From a virus (lineage: Duplodnaviria > Caudoviricetes): a stretch of 58,830 nt of DNA. Within the stretch, counting starts at the first letter, position 1; every line of letters starts with the position of its first letter. The DNA is taken from positions 1 through 58,830 of the IMG/VR virus record IMGVR_UViG_3300021344_000002; one strand, 5' to 3'. This document shows positions 28,092-38,756 of the stretch, piece after piece. The translations under genes and the position numbers were made by a program. The notes beneath the pieces were generated by a model that saw only the letters and a list, made by a program, of their open reading frames with translations, did not search any database and was not told the DNA's origin.

Positions 28092-29480
28092 ATGGCTGAT
28101 TCTGACCAGACAATAACCGCGAAGTTTATCGCTGATACCAGCGGCTTTACCAAAGGTGCCGATGAAGTCGTTGCCAGTAGCAAGGCTATCGAGGCTTCCA
28201 CTGCTACTATCTCGTCCAGTACCGGCGCTGCAGCGGGTGGCCTCACTGCAATGGGCAGCGCTTCATCGAAAAGCGCTCAGGATGCTGATATGGCAGTTGC
28301 CTCCTTTCTTGGCCTGTCTAAGTCTTCGGAAAGCACCGGGGAAAGTCTGAAGTCATCTGCAAAGTCAAGTGAAGATGCGGGCGGGGGATTCAATCTGCTG
28401 AGTGTGAATGGCATGATGGCGGTAATGATGTTCGCGCAGATGGTTCAGATGGTCGGCCAAGCGCTCGGAGCGCTCGCGAAGGCAACCGATGCTGCCAATG
28501 CAACCGCTATGGCCTTCACCTACCTCACTGGTAGCGCGACAAAGGCGCAACAGGAACTGCAAGCACTACAAAATACCGCTGCAGCCAAAGACTTTGGTGC
28601 ACAGGCTGTTGATAATGTCGCACAGCGTATGTTGATGCTCGGTAAGGATGCTGATACCACCAATAAGGAAATCGGGCGCGTCGCCGACGCTATAGCGGCA
28701 ATGGGTGGCAGTGCAAGTCAGATCGAGCCAGTCATTGAGAGCCTGCATAAGGTTCAGAGTGAATCCGTCGTCACGAAGGACGATATCGACAATATCGCCA
28801 AGGAAGGTGTCCCCGCCTGGCAGATGATTGCTGATGCAATGACCACTGCCGAAGGAAAAACTGTTTCAGTAGCAGAGGCGCAAAAGCGGGTGGTAGCAGG
28901 CGCATTATCGGGCAAGCAGGCGTACCAGGACATGATGGAGGGCATGATTCAGTATACCGGGGCAGCAGAAACGCAATCACAGTCGCTAGGGTCGGAATGG
29001 CAACGTCTCGGCGAGCACGCAGCCAATGCCTTCAAGCCTATCGCTGATTGGTTGGCGAAGGATTTAGAGGCCATCAATGAGTTGATAGAGGGCACTAGTA
29101 AACTAAGCGATGCGCTGAAGGCTGTCGCGGCTGCTATGAGTGGCATGGGTGGCATCACGATGAGCGGATTCGCATCGGGCGTCATTGACAATCCGGTGGG
29201 CCAGCTCGCGACGGTTGGTGAGAATGGCCCGGAAACGATGTTCATTCCACAGCATGCTAGCATTTTCCCCAACGGTATGAATGCCATGAGTGCCCTGTCA
29301 GGAGGTGGGTCAACTATGCCATCTCTGACCTCTGTAATGGGCAGCAGTGGCGGCGGTAGCGGTGGAGATCAACCTATCACCATCATTGCGCAGCTCCATG
29401 TCGATGGCCGTCAGATGGCTGCAGTGACCATTCCATTTATCGCTCCAATGACACGTGGTCTAACAGGGGGTCGCAGATAG
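28092..29480 (+). CDS. Tape measure protein (short, 462 aa)
   Basis: ADTSGF, AFTYLTGSA..A, GVPAWQMIA, FASG..VGENGPE, VDGRQMA. Confidence 0.9.
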   Translation: MADSDQTITAKFIADTSGFTKGADEVVASSKAIEASTATISSSTGAAAGGLTAMGSASSKSAQDADMAVASFLGLSKSSESTGESLKSSAKSSEDAGGGFNLLSVNGMMAVMMFAQMVQMVGQALGALAKATDAANATAMAFTYLTGSATKAQQELQALQNTAAAKDFGAQAVDNVAQRMLMLGKDADTTNKEIGRVADAIAAMGGSASQIEPVIESLHKVQSESVVTKDDIDNIAKEGVPAWQMIADAMTTAEGKTVSVAEAQKRVVAGALSGKQAYQDMMEGMIQYTGAAETQSQSLGSEWQRLGEHAANAFKPIADWLAKDLEAINELIEGTSKLSDALKAVAAAMSGMGGITMSGFASGVIDNPVGQLATVGENGPETMFIPQHASIFPNGMNAMSALSGGGSTMPSLTSVMGSSGGGSGGDQPITIIAQLHVDGRQMAAVTIPFIAPMTRGLTGGRR

Positions 29481-29483
29481 CCT

Positions 29484-32447
29484 ATGGGGATGTTATCCTG
29501 CACCATCAACAATGTCACCTACAATGTCAAAAACGACACCTCCATCGGTGCTGCAGAGACGTTGGAAGTACGCGGTATCTTGACGATCACCATCGTCGAT
29601 CTCACCGGCACCGCTGTATTTCAACGCGGTGATCTGATTGTGGTGAGTGACTCAGTGACCGGGACATTCTACGCGGGCTACATCCAATCAGATCAGCAAA
29701 CCAAGTATGGCCCGGCATCGGCAGCCGTTGATCACGTCCTGACCTGCTACGATAAACAGTATCTCCTCGACAAAGGTGCGAACACCACCAACTACCTCGG
29801 CTGGTACGCTGGTGACATTGCAACCGACCTGGTGCTCAACGGACAGCCAGGACTTGAGGGCGTCACTGTTGCCGCTGGATTGCATCGGGATAGCTTGCCA
29901 TCAGAGTGGAGCACAGGGCTGCTCAGTGGTGTTGTAGGTGCATCGAATGTTGGCGATGGGGATTTAGAGTTGTCACCGGCAGGCAGCGATGTGAGCTATA
30001 GCGAGACAACTACCTCTGACTTTGCTACAGGGACGCTGACCAACTGCGTCGCAGCCAACAATACGCTGACGCCAACAAGTACCAGCGCTATCAAGATGGT
30101 CGCTGTGCAAAGCTTGGCCGGGAACATCTCAAATACCCAGATCGTAGTGCAGATCTGGTCAGGACCTTTTGCGATCAGCTCAACGGCGCGTTGGCTAGAA
30201 TACGATATGTTCATCGATCCTGCCTCGCCGCAAGCAAAGATGGCGATTGATCTCTACTTCTCAGATGGCTCGACGTTCAGCGCAACCTCTACCGTATTGC
30301 AAGGCAATGTAGACGCGCAAAATATTACCCCTGACCCAGCCAATGACTTGACTGGTCTTGCAACGGTTGGATGGTATCACCGCTTACTTGACTTGGGTAA
30401 TTCCCACATAGGGAAAACCGTTACTTCAGCAGTAGTCGTCTGTGCGGGCACTAGTCCTGGCGTGTACACAGGGTATTTCAAAAATATTATCATCACCGAT
30501 CAGACCACGACCTATGTCACGATTTTTGCTAGTTCGCTCGTGACCAATCCGCCACAGCAATTGCAGAGCTACGGATATAGCTCTGCCAACGTGTCGGTTG
30601 TGCCCACCTATGATCTTTACAGCTTGACTGCCGTCGATACGTATGGTGCAAGCGCCTACAAGACAACTTCCGCTATTTCTATTGACCCGGTGAAGCTCTA
30701 CCGTACCTCGTTTCTTTCGTGGGCGGCTATCATTCCGACAAATTGTGTGCTGGTCGTGAAGTGGAGTCTAGACAGATCATCGTTTATCCCTTGCGTCAAT
30801 GGTGCGGCACTTCCTGATTTTCCTGCCGGGTTGGTCGTGAGTGGGATGTCGCTCTACCTCAAATATGAGTTCTATTACCTTCCCGGCGCATTGCCTGACA
30901 GTCTGATCGCGCTTGAAGAGGTTGCCCTGACCCTCTACACCAGCTACGCCGCCACAAAGAGCGACGTGTCTTATAGTGCGCTTACGCAAGCAAATTGGAA
31001 CGCTGGGACGCTGACCAACCTGGTCGCCAATAGCAGCAATGAACTCACCTTGAATGGCATCATCCGTTATTGGGATGATGGATCGGTCGTTAATCAAACA
31101 CTCTATTCGGCATTTGGCGGTATACAACAGGGTGTCACCAATCGTACCTTTGATTTTGAGGGGTTCAGTACCGCGAACACGGAAGCACGCTCGCGCTTTG
31201 ACTTTGTAGGGCAATGGCAAAACTTCACTGCCGAGGTGGATATACAGTTGACGCCTGCCGATCCGGTACAGCGCGGACTTGTCTACCGAACCACCGGCTG
31301 GCAAAATAATGCCGGTTCTGCCGCATACTATGTTTGGGTGACGACGATATTTGTTGGATTTGGGAAGGGTACAAACTCTTCTAGTGGCGGTGCGACCACT
31401 CAGACCTTACTTGCGGCTGCACACCCTACCTATACAAGTGGCTCGTGGCATCGCTTAAAAGTGGTTGTCTCTGGGAATACCCATAATATCTATGTGGACA
31501 ATATCCTGCTGATCAGTACAACTGACAGCACGTATAGTGCGACGGGTTACATGGGGGTATTTGCTACCGATGGAGGCTCTAGTGTGTCTGGGGGGTATGC
31601 TCCGCTCTTTGATAACTTTGGCGTGGCAGCAACACTCTCCGGTACATGGGTATCACCAGGAACAAGCCTTGCCAGCGCCGTCAACTATGGCAACAGCGTC
31701 ATCAAGTGGAGAGACAAGTCACCTTCATACAACGGACTCACCAATACGAGCATCCTTGTTGAAGCCTCATATGACAACGGCTCAACCTACCACACCTGCA
31801 CGAACGGTGCGGCATTGCCATCACTGACACTGGGACAGTCACTCAGTAGCGCTACGCTCAAGATCCGTGTCACATTGACCACCTCTAGCGCAAGCAGCTT
31901 GCCAGCCATCGATAACCTCGTTGTCCGTGTGCTCGGACAGTACAGCGCATCAGGGACGCGTAGCACCGCGCCGATGGGCATCGATACGATGATCCGCGCC
32001 AACCAATCGGGATTCGGCACCGCATTCGATGGGCAGACTTACACCAAGACCGGCACCGGCACTGATGCAATAGCCAGTAATGAGGCAACGATCACCAACA
32101 CCACCGGTGATGTCCATGAGCGCCTGGGTAGCAGAACAGGGACAGACCTGGATGGCACGGTACGCCTCGTACTCTCAGCATCAACGATCAGCGGTGGCAT
32201 AGAGTTGCGCTACTTTGATAGCAATAATTACTATCGTCTGTCAGCTTCCACGACATCTCTCAGCATCATCAAGAAGCAAGCGGGTGCCGCGTCTACTCTT
32301 GCCACCGCAGCGGTCGCGCTCTCCACTGGTGTATTGTATCGTCTGCGATTTCGGGTGACTGGCACCGGTATGAACAGTCTCTATGGACGCATTTGGGCTG
32401 ATGGTAGCCTGGAGCCGTCAACATGGACTATTGCAACAACTGACTGA
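29484..32447 (+). CDS. Tail tip/hub protein, N-terminal part, with carbohydrate-binding-like beta-sandwich domains
   Basis: Follows the tape measure; LTCYD..YAGDIATDLV; WHRLKVVVSGN..YVDN..G..G..FDNF lectin-like domain. Confidence 0.75.
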   Translation: MGMLSCTINNVTYNVKNDTSIGAAETLEVRGILTITIVDLTGTAVFQRGDLIVVSDSVTGTFYAGYIQSDQQTKYGPASAAVDHVLTCYDKQYLLDKGANTTNYLGWYAGDIATDLVLNGQPGLEGVTVAAGLHRDSLPSEWSTGLLSGVVGASNVGDGDLELSPAGSDVSYSETTTSDFATGTLTNCVAANNTLTPTSTSAIKMVAVQSLAGNISNTQIVVQIWSGPFAISSTARWLEYDMFIDPASPQAKMAIDLYFSDGSTFSATSTVLQGNVDAQNITPDPANDLTGLATVGWYHRLLDLGNSHIGKTVTSAVVVCAGTSPGVYTGYFKNIIITDQTTTYVTIFASSLVTNPPQQLQSYGYSSANVSVVPTYDLYSLTAVDTYGASAYKTTSAISIDPVKLYRTSFLSWAAIIPTNCVLVVKWSLDRSSFIPCVNGAALPDFPAGLVVSGMSLYLKYEFYYLPGALPDSLIALEEVALTLYTSYAATKSDVSYSALTQANWNAGTLTNLVANSSNELTLNGIIRYWDDGSVVNQTLYSAFGGIQQGVTNRTFDFEGFSTANTEARSRFDFVGQWQNFTAEVDIQLTPADPVQRGLVYRTTGWQNNAGSAAYYVWVTTIFVGFGKGTNSSSGGATTQTLLAAAHPTYTSGSWHRLKVVVSGNTHNIYVDNILLISTTDSTYSATGYMGVFATDGGSSVSGGYAPLFDNFGVAATLSGTWVSPGTSLASAVNYGNSVIKWRDKSPSYNGLTNTSILVEASYDNGSTYHTCTNGAALPSLTLGQSLSSATLKIRVTLTTSSASSLPAIDNLVVRVLGQYSASGTRSTAPMGIDTMIRANQSGFGTAFDGQTYTKTGTGTDAIASNEATITNTTGDVHERLGSRTGTDLDGTVRLVLSASTISGGIELRYFDSNNYYRLSASTTSLSIIKKQAGAASTLATAAVALSTGVLYRLRFRVTGTGMNSLYGRIWADGSLEPSTWTIATTD

Positions 32448-32464
32448 TTTGAAAGGAGAGAGAA

Positions 32465-32965
32465 ATGCCGTTTGGTAATTCGGTTGTGGACGCGGGCAAT
32501 ATCCCGATAGCTCAGGGATATGTACCAGGAGCGGGCTTTAAGGCCGGTCAATCCTCGCTGATTGTCACTACCGATGGCTCGAACGCATCAGCACCGTATG
32601 TCTTCCATCACGCTTCTGGTACGGTGCTATTCCTTGCTTCAACGGCCTATACCGCCGGGGCGACTAATGGACCATATGTGGTCGGTCCTTATACAGAGCT
32701 TGCCGTTGATGTCAATATCACGGCGAAGACAGGCACTACACCAACCATTCAGTTTTTCATCGACAGGGTTGGAGCAGATGGCATCGCGTACAACATCTGG
32801 TCTTCGTCTGTTGTCAGCAATACTGCGCCAACCCAGGTATCGGCGTCAATTGGTTCGGGGTTTAGTACAAATCAGAGTTTTGGGGCAAACATCCAGTTTC
32901 GCTGGGTGATAGGTGGAAGCGCGACTCCTGGGTACACGCTCAGTTGCTCAATAATCGGAAAGTAG
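32465..32965 (+). CDS. Virion beta-sandwich protein
   Basis: SD AAAGGAG; VNITA..GTTPT..FRWVIGG..P pattern. Confidence 0.65.
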   Translation: MPFGNSVVDAGNIPIAQGYVPGAGFKAGQSSLIVTTDGSNASAPYVFHHASGTVLFLASTAYTAGATNGPYVVGPYTELAVDVNITAKTGTTPTIQFFIDRVGADGIAYNIWSSSVVSNTAPTQVSASIGSGFSTNQSFGANIQFRWVIGGSATPGYTLSCSIIGK

Positions 32966-32973
32966 GTCAAAAG

Positions 32974-33708
32974 ATGCCTGTTGGATCTAACATTGACTTG
33001 GGTGATGTCCTTCTTACTCCAGGGCTATCGGCAGGATCGCTGAATGCCGATCTCGTATCGTGGACGGATGTATCAAATTGGAAGTGGGTCAACCTTTTTA
33101 TCGACTCCAGTTCCTATACGGGAACCCTGACGTTTCAGGGTTCCTTTGATGGTGTGAATCCGATTGATATCACCTTCTACAGACTCGGCAACCTCGATGG
33201 CGCGCATTGTGTGTCGTCGATTGACAACGAGACGAGTACGCTCTTTGGCGGTCCTGTGCGGTTCCCTTGGTTCCGGTGCCGTATGACTGGGTACACGAGC
33301 GGGACAGCGACGGGTGTTCTTCAATTGAAGAACGAAGGCCCATCTGGCTTAGAACTGATTGGGATGAACAGGGCCGCTGGAGTGCTTTCTGGGCAGTTCG
33401 TCATTGGTACGATCACCAATGACGGCACGCACAATGCCGTCATTGCCGCTGGCGTTGCCTCTGATACGGTTATATACGCTGGCAAATCGATGCTCTCCAG
33501 TGTGCTCGTGACGACCACAGGCACGAATCAGATGCTCTTTTACGATAATGCCAGTGTAGGGAGCGGCACCATAATAGGTCTCATCCCGGCGAATCCGACG
33601 GTCAATGGCGTGCCATTTGTGTTTAAAGCCTTTTGCACCAATGGGATTGTGGCGAAAGGGAATGCGAATAATCCAGCAATAACCGTCTTTTACACGGATA
33701 TCTTTTAG
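32974..33708 (+). CDS. Two-domain virion protein
   Basis: TLTFQGS.DG..FR.R.T.YTSG; C-terminal domain similar to that of 22497..23630. Confidence 0.65.
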   Translation: MPVGSNIDLGDVLLTPGLSAGSLNADLVSWTDVSNWKWVNLFIDSSSYTGTLTFQGSFDGVNPIDITFYRLGNLDGAHCVSSIDNETSTLFGGPVRFPWFRCRMTGYTSGTATGVLQLKNEGPSGLELIGMNRAAGVLSGQFVIGTITNDGTHNAVIAAGVASDTVIYAGKSMLSSVLVTTTGTNQMLFYDNASVGSGTIIGLIPANPTVNGVPFVFKAFCTNGIVAKGNANNPAITVFYTDIF

Positions 33709-33720
33709 GAGTAGACGCCG

Positions 33721-35634
33721 ATGCCATATGCTGTACGGCCCTTTGGCCCTGTTGCTATCATGAGTAGTGGTGGCTTTGCGCTCTTTGCGAATGGCACTGG
33801 CACGGCAAGCTTTGATCACTTTTGCGTGAAGCAATTTCCAGACCCTGCCCTGAGCCTCGCGCCTGTCCTTCCCAGGCTTGGCAGTTCCTCTGTCTCCTAC
33901 AATGCCGTGATACCAGCGAAGACCACAGCCGTGGTCAAGACTGGTACTGACGGCGTGAATTGGACAACTGCGACCAGCGGGCAACCTCTACCAGGATTCA
34001 ATAGCCAACCAGCACCGACCATCGACGTGTTTACCGCGAATACATCAGCCAACTACACTAACACCAACAAGAGCGGCGGCAGTGCAGCCACAGCGACCTA
34101 TGACACCGCCAATAAGCGCATCACGCTCGCAGGTGGCTCTGGTGGCCTCTATCTCTACACGGCCATTTCAGCGACAGGCATTGATGTGATTTGCGACATG
34201 GATAGGAGCGATGCAGGCGGGTTGGTGTGGCGCATGGTGGATTCATCGAATTATTATGAGCTTGGTTGCTACGATGATAGCGCTAGTGGCGGGTTCACGA
34301 ATCAACTGCGACTCTATAAAGTGCTGGCCGGGACTCGCTCGCTGCTAGGTTCTGCATCGATCATCGCCTGGCCTCGTTCAACCGTTGGCGCATCGCCCTA
34401 CAAGAGAATCCGCGTGACGATGTTAGGGAGCGTGATCACAGTGTACTTTGATGGCGCGGTCATGCAGACCTATACTGATGGGTCTCCGCTGGCCGCTGGA
34501 AAATGTGGGTTCAGAAATGATGGTGGGACATCAAGGTATTATCAACTGCGCATTCAGCAGCAAGGTGATTATGTTTCTGGTACCCCTGCCGGGGATGTGG
34601 TGACAGCGGATTTCGTGTACACACAGGTCACCCTCACGACCACTGATCCCAGTGTCACGCCGCAACTTCTCGACTTGACCACGAGCGCAAGAAGCCCACA
34701 GATCGCTACCGGGGCACTGATTCCACAACTCCATGATCCAACGAAGCCATTTGCGCTTGGCTATGACAAGGAGATGACGAGCCTTGCTACGCTCAGCGGT
34801 GACACGTGGTATCACGTTGGATATGACAACGCATTGACGTTTGCTGAGCGCTTTGCTGCGCCAGCGCCGTTCTGCCTCTACTCATCGGATTTCCTCTACA
34901 GGCCAGCGACACAAGGTGCAGCGACTGGCGGTGTACAGCCAACGAGCAGCGCTGATACCTATAGGAATCAAGAGATCGTTACGAACACCGTCGGTATCAC
35001 TGGCACAATACCAGAGGAGAAAGTTGCCGACGGGATTGCGACCTCATGGAGCATGCAGTATCCGCTCTATTCAGCGCCAAAGATCATGGTTGCAGGAGTT
35101 GCAAAGACGGTCGGACTTCAGGGTATCGACGTTGGCAAAGATTTTTACTGGCAGGTGAACTCTGTTTCCATCGGACAAGATAGCGGCGCTGCAAAGATTC
35201 CATCAGGTTACATCATTTCTTTCTCGTATGTCGGACAGTTCCCGGACCAGGTGATCCGCAACAACCTCGCAGAGCAGGCTGCACGCGCCGCCATCGAGGG
35301 TGGCACTGGTATTGTCGTGTCCATTGATGACGGGCAAGGAATGCTGTCTAGTAATGCCATTGTCTATGCTGATGGATTGTTGGCGAGGAACAGCAACAAC
35401 GATACGGTGGAGCTGGTGGCAACAACGTCGCGCCCGGATGCCTACAAGCTTACCGTCGGTATGGTGGTGCCTGTTTTTGTGCCAGAACTGAATCTGAATA
35501 ATAGGCAGTTGCTCATTATGAAATTGACCAGGAGCGGGTATCAGAGGGCAGATGGGACTGTGCAGTATGAATACACGATTGATGCGACGGATGGCAGCAA
35601 TCTCCAGAATTGGGCTGCTGCCATCGGTTTATAG
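33721..35634 (+). CDS. Tail tip/hub protein, C-terminal part
   Basis: Starts with SSGGF..FDHF, completing the domain cut at 32447; LATLSG..WYHVGYDNALTF, YRNQ, L.VG..V.V..PEL hub-like motifs. Confidence 0.7.
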   Translation: MPYAVRPFGPVAIMSSGGFALFANGTGTASFDHFCVKQFPDPALSLAPVLPRLGSSSVSYNAVIPAKTTAVVKTGTDGVNWTTATSGQPLPGFNSQPAPTIDVFTANTSANYTNTNKSGGSAATATYDTANKRITLAGGSGGLYLYTAISATGIDVICDMDRSDAGGLVWRMVDSSNYYELGCYDDSASGGFTNQLRLYKVLAGTRSLLGSASIIAWPRSTVGASPYKRIRVTMLGSVITVYFDGAVMQTYTDGSPLAAGKCGFRNDGGTSRYYQLRIQQQGDYVSGTPAGDVVTADFVYTQVTLTTTDPSVTPQLLDLTTSARSPQIATGALIPQLHDPTKPFALGYDKEMTSLATLSGDTWYHVGYDNALTFAERFAAPAPFCLYSSDFLYRPATQGAATGGVQPTSSADTYRNQEIVTNTVGITGTIPEEKVADGIATSWSMQYPLYSAPKIMVAGVAKTVGLQGIDVGKDFYWQVNSVSIGQDSGAAKIPSGYIISFSYVGQFPDQVIRNNLAEQAARAAIEGGTGIVVSIDDGQGMLSSNAIVYADGLLARNSNNDTVELVATTSRPDAYKLTVGMVVPVFVPELNLNNRQLLIMKLTRSGYQRADGTVQYEYTIDATDGSNLQNWAAAIGL

Positions 35635-35647
35635 GAGGTGCAGTCAA

Positions 35648-36679
35648 ATGAGCGATACACTCACAACGCGTGATGGATTGATCGGCAATAGTCCGCGCTA
35701 CCTTGATGCCATCAGCCCGCCGTATCAGCGATATCTGAAGGATGATGCAGGGGCTGCTCTCAACTTGACCGGGGTGCCAGCGGAGAATCTGACCATTGTT
35801 TTCATCAATAAATCAGATCCGACAGAGGTCTTTATCGGATCTGGCACCTTTAGTATTCCTAGCGGGACGGCAAGCCAGGGCTTGATTAGCTATCAATACG
35901 GTAATACTGATCTTGCGAGTGGTGGTAACTGGTACATTTTCCTCAAGTGCCAACTCCTGAGCGAGCCAGCTCCTCGCGTCTTTGATCCTGAATTGTTATC
36001 CATCGATGGCACATCGTTCACGCCGTCAGGAGGTATGCCAGTCGTGACCATACAGAACATCAATCTCTCTGAACTCAATGGGGCTGTGCCCTCATCCTCA
36101 AATCCTCTCCCAGTGAGCATCGCAGACGGCGCAAACGTGGCGCAGGGCACAACAACTGATGCCAGTTCCGCCAATACGCAGATTGGTTTGCTCAAGGCTA
36201 TTAAAGCGTTTCTGGCGGGGACATTGACCGTCAACCAGAGCAACATACAGGCTGATTATGACAGCGGGGCTGGCACGCAAACGATGACGATGTACGGGCT
36301 GGCATTGCCTGCGAGCGGTGGCGCTGTTGCGGGCGGCACAGCGACCAATCCAATGCGCACAGATCCGACCGGAACCACACCGCAGCCTACCACACTGCCA
36401 ACATCAGCAACCGCAATCGTCACGAGCGTGTCAAGTGCTGCTGCTGACACATCGCTGATTGCTTCAAACATGAGCAGGAAGGGTATTCTCCTCTATAATG
36501 ACTCCACCGCTATTCTCTATCTGCTCTTTGGAACAGGCGTTGCAAGCGCAAGCAACTACACGGTACAGATCCCTGCACAGGGGTTCTTCGAGATGCCTGT
36601 AGCACCTGTCTACACTGGAGGCTTTCATGGTATATGGGCGGCGGCAAATGGCAGTGTGAAGATTACAGAATTGACGTAG
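35648..36679 (+). CDS. Baseplate-upper (BppU-like) N-terminal domain plus fibre/adaptor domains
   Basis: LKDDAGAALNLTG, GLISYQY...DL; C-terminal RKGILLYNDSTAILY. Confidence 0.6.
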   Translation: MSDTLTTRDGLIGNSPRYLDAISPPYQRYLKDDAGAALNLTGVPAENLTIVFINKSDPTEVFIGSGTFSIPSGTASQGLISYQYGNTDLASGGNWYIFLKCQLLSEPAPRVFDPELLSIDGTSFTPSGGMPVVTIQNINLSELNGAVPSSSNPLPVSIADGANVAQGTTTDASSANTQIGLLKAIKAFLAGTLTVNQSNIQADYDSGAGTQTMTMYGLALPASGGAVAGGTATNPMRTDPTGTTPQPTTLPTSATAIVTSVSSAAADTSLIASNMSRKGILLYNDSTAILYLLFGTGVASASNYTVQIPAQGFFEMPVAPVYTGGFHGIWAAANGSVKITELT

Positions 36680-36690
36680 GAGGTGGGTTC

Positions 36691-37989
36691 ATGCCGTTAT
36701 TCATACCAGATGCACAAACATTAGTCCTTAACGCCAACGACTACGGTGCGGGCGCTACAGGCATCCAGAACGCAATTAACAAGCTACCAGCTACTGGTGG
36801 AACCGTCTTCATGCCCTCTGGCACGTATACACTAAGCGCCCCGTTGACGGTTCCAGCCACCGTCACTAGTGGCTTCCGGCTTATTGGAGCAGGATGGGGA
36901 GCGATCCTCGCGCTTGCCAATAGTGTAAACGATTATCCGATTAAGTTCCTGGCTGGCACATCTGGCATGCTAGGGGCAGAGCTAGCAAGTTTCAAGATTG
37001 ATTGCAACGGCACACACCAAAATGCTGGAGGCGGGATCGACGCCAATGGCGCAACAAATTGCTCCTTTCATCATTTGTGGATTCACGCCCCGTATGGTGA
37101 AGGCATCCACATTCATAACGGCACGTTGATAGGCGGGTTTGGAGTTCAAAGTTTCGTAGAAACCTGCTTATTTGATGCCGGGAACACTGTATCAGGGAAT
37201 GGAAGAGGATTGTCTCTAGACTCCACTGACCAGATCATGATTTCAGACTGCGTTTTTCGTGAGATGGGAGGGACATCAGGATCAGACGCTGATTGTATTC
37301 GAGATAATAACGGTCTGTGCTCTGTCATGGGGTGCATCTTCACGAATAATAATAGCGCCAATCAAGGTGGGGGCGGGATTAAGACGTACTCTAACTTTTC
37401 CCGCATCGTCGGGAATCAGTTTGAGAGCTTGGCTGGTGGAAGTATTATTCTGCTCGGGAACAAGCATATCGTCTCTTGCAATCAATTCCTGAATATCGGG
37501 AAAGCGGCCGGGACAGTCAATAGCGCAGCCGGTATCTATACCAATAGTAACTTTAGTACCATCTCTGATAATTACTTCAATTCAGATGGTTCTGGCACGA
37601 ACGGAACACAGGCATTTGTGTTCCTCGATGACAACACCACTGGGAATATTGTGGATGGGAATCAATTCGATACCTCAAACGGTGGATCTGGGTATGTAAA
37701 CGTCAGACTGGGAGCTAACACCTCTAACAACATCAGACGCAACAATGGTTGGACTACCGAAAAGAGCGGCACTGCATCGATCACCAGCGGCAATACCAGC
37801 GTGGTCGTGACGCATGGACTGTCTGCGACTCCGACGCTGCAGCAGATTAGCGTCACGCCTCAGACAAGTTTTGGTAGTGCTGCAAAGTTTTGGGTATCAA
37901 CGCCGACATCAACACAATTCACGGTTAACGTCGATGTAAATCCTGCACAAACGGTGACGTTTGGCTGGCGTGCGGATATCGGCTATTAA
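36691..37989 (+). CDS. Right-handed beta-helix tailspike / depolymerase-like protein
   Basis: DYGA..IQNAIN..GGTVFMPSGTY; Asn-ladder repeats; C-terminal VTHGL..TP. Confidence 0.8.
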   Translation: MPLFIPDAQTLVLNANDYGAGATGIQNAINKLPATGGTVFMPSGTYTLSAPLTVPATVTSGFRLIGAGWGAILALANSVNDYPIKFLAGTSGMLGAELASFKIDCNGTHQNAGGGIDANGATNCSFHHLWIHAPYGEGIHIHNGTLIGGFGVQSFVETCLFDAGNTVSGNGRGLSLDSTDQIMISDCVFREMGGTSGSDADCIRDNNGLCSVMGCIFTNNNSANQGGGGIKTYSNFSRIVGNQFESLAGGSIILLGNKHIVSCNQFLNIGKAAGTVNSAAGIYTNSNFSTISDNYFNSDGSGTNGTQAFVFLDDNTTGNIVDGNQFDTSNGGSGYVNVRLGANTSNNIRRNNGWTTEKSGTASITSGNTSVVVTHGLSATPTLQQISVTPQTSFGSAAKFWVSTPTSTQFTVNVDVNPAQTVTFGWRADIGY

Positions 37990-38003
37990 TAGAAAGGGAC
38001 ACT

Positions 38004-38741
38004 ATGACACGTTATGGAAGAATCCCGGATCCGTATGATCCAGATGATCACCACTACACCTTGCCGAAGTTCGTGAAACCATTGCCGGCCAGCATCGATC
38101 TACGCGGCCAATGCGAGCCAGATCGTGACCAGGGCAACGTGGGGGCCTGCACGGCTTTTGCGACAACGGGGATGTTGTGGTACGACCGGCATAGACAGGG
38201 CGAGCCAGACTTTGCGTACAGTGAATTGTTCCTGTACTACAATTCACGGGCCGATAAGAAAGCCGATACTGGCACGACGATCAGGAATTCCATCAAGGCA
38301 GCGCTCAGGGTCGGCGTATGCAACGAGGAGCTATGGCCCTACAACGAGGATCATGAGTTTCTACATCCGGCTCCAGGCTGCTACCAGGATGCACTGCTGC
38401 ATAGGGGTGTTGAGTATCAGCGAGTGCCACAGGATCTGCTACACATGCAGTCAGTGCTGGCCGGTGGAAATGTGCTCGTTGTGGGATTTACCGTATTCTC
38501 ATCGTTTGAGAGCAGCACCGTCGCCACAACTGGGATAGTCCCGATGCCCGCACGTGGTGAGCAGGAGCTAGGCGGCCATGCCGTACTTCTCGTTGGCTAC
38601 GATGACGCGCGGCAGGTCTTCACGTGCCAAAATAGCTGGGGCGCTACCTGGGGCGACAAAGGATTCTTCTACATACCATATCAGTATCTATTAAATAGTA
38701 AGTTGAGCAGCGATTTCTGGGTAATCCAGAAAGTTCAGTGA
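38004..38741 (+). CDS. Papain-like cysteine peptidase (C1A)
   Basis: LPASIDLR, DQGNVGAC, GGHAVLLVGY, QNSWG..WGDKG. Confidence 0.9.
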   Translation: MTRYGRIPDPYDPDDHHYTLPKFVKPLPASIDLRGQCEPDRDQGNVGACTAFATTGMLWYDRHRQGEPDFAYSELFLYYNSRADKKADTGTTIRNSIKAALRVGVCNEELWPYNEDHEFLHPAPGCYQDALLHRGVEYQRVPQDLLHMQSVLAGGNVLVVGFTVFSSFESSTVATTGIVPMPARGEQELGGHAVLLVGYDDARQVFTCQNSWGATWGDKGFFYIPYQYLLNSKLSSDFWVIQKVQ

Positions 38742-38756
38742 TAGAGGAGGTGTGTC

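Noticed and set aside
34578-34588. Eighth copy of the start-associated motif
   Set aside because: Only 11 of 15 nt, antisense inside a tail CDS; treated as chance
29484-37989. Diversity-generating retroelement or invertible tail cassette
   Set aside because: No reverse transcriptase, no TR/VR pair and no inverted recombination sites seen
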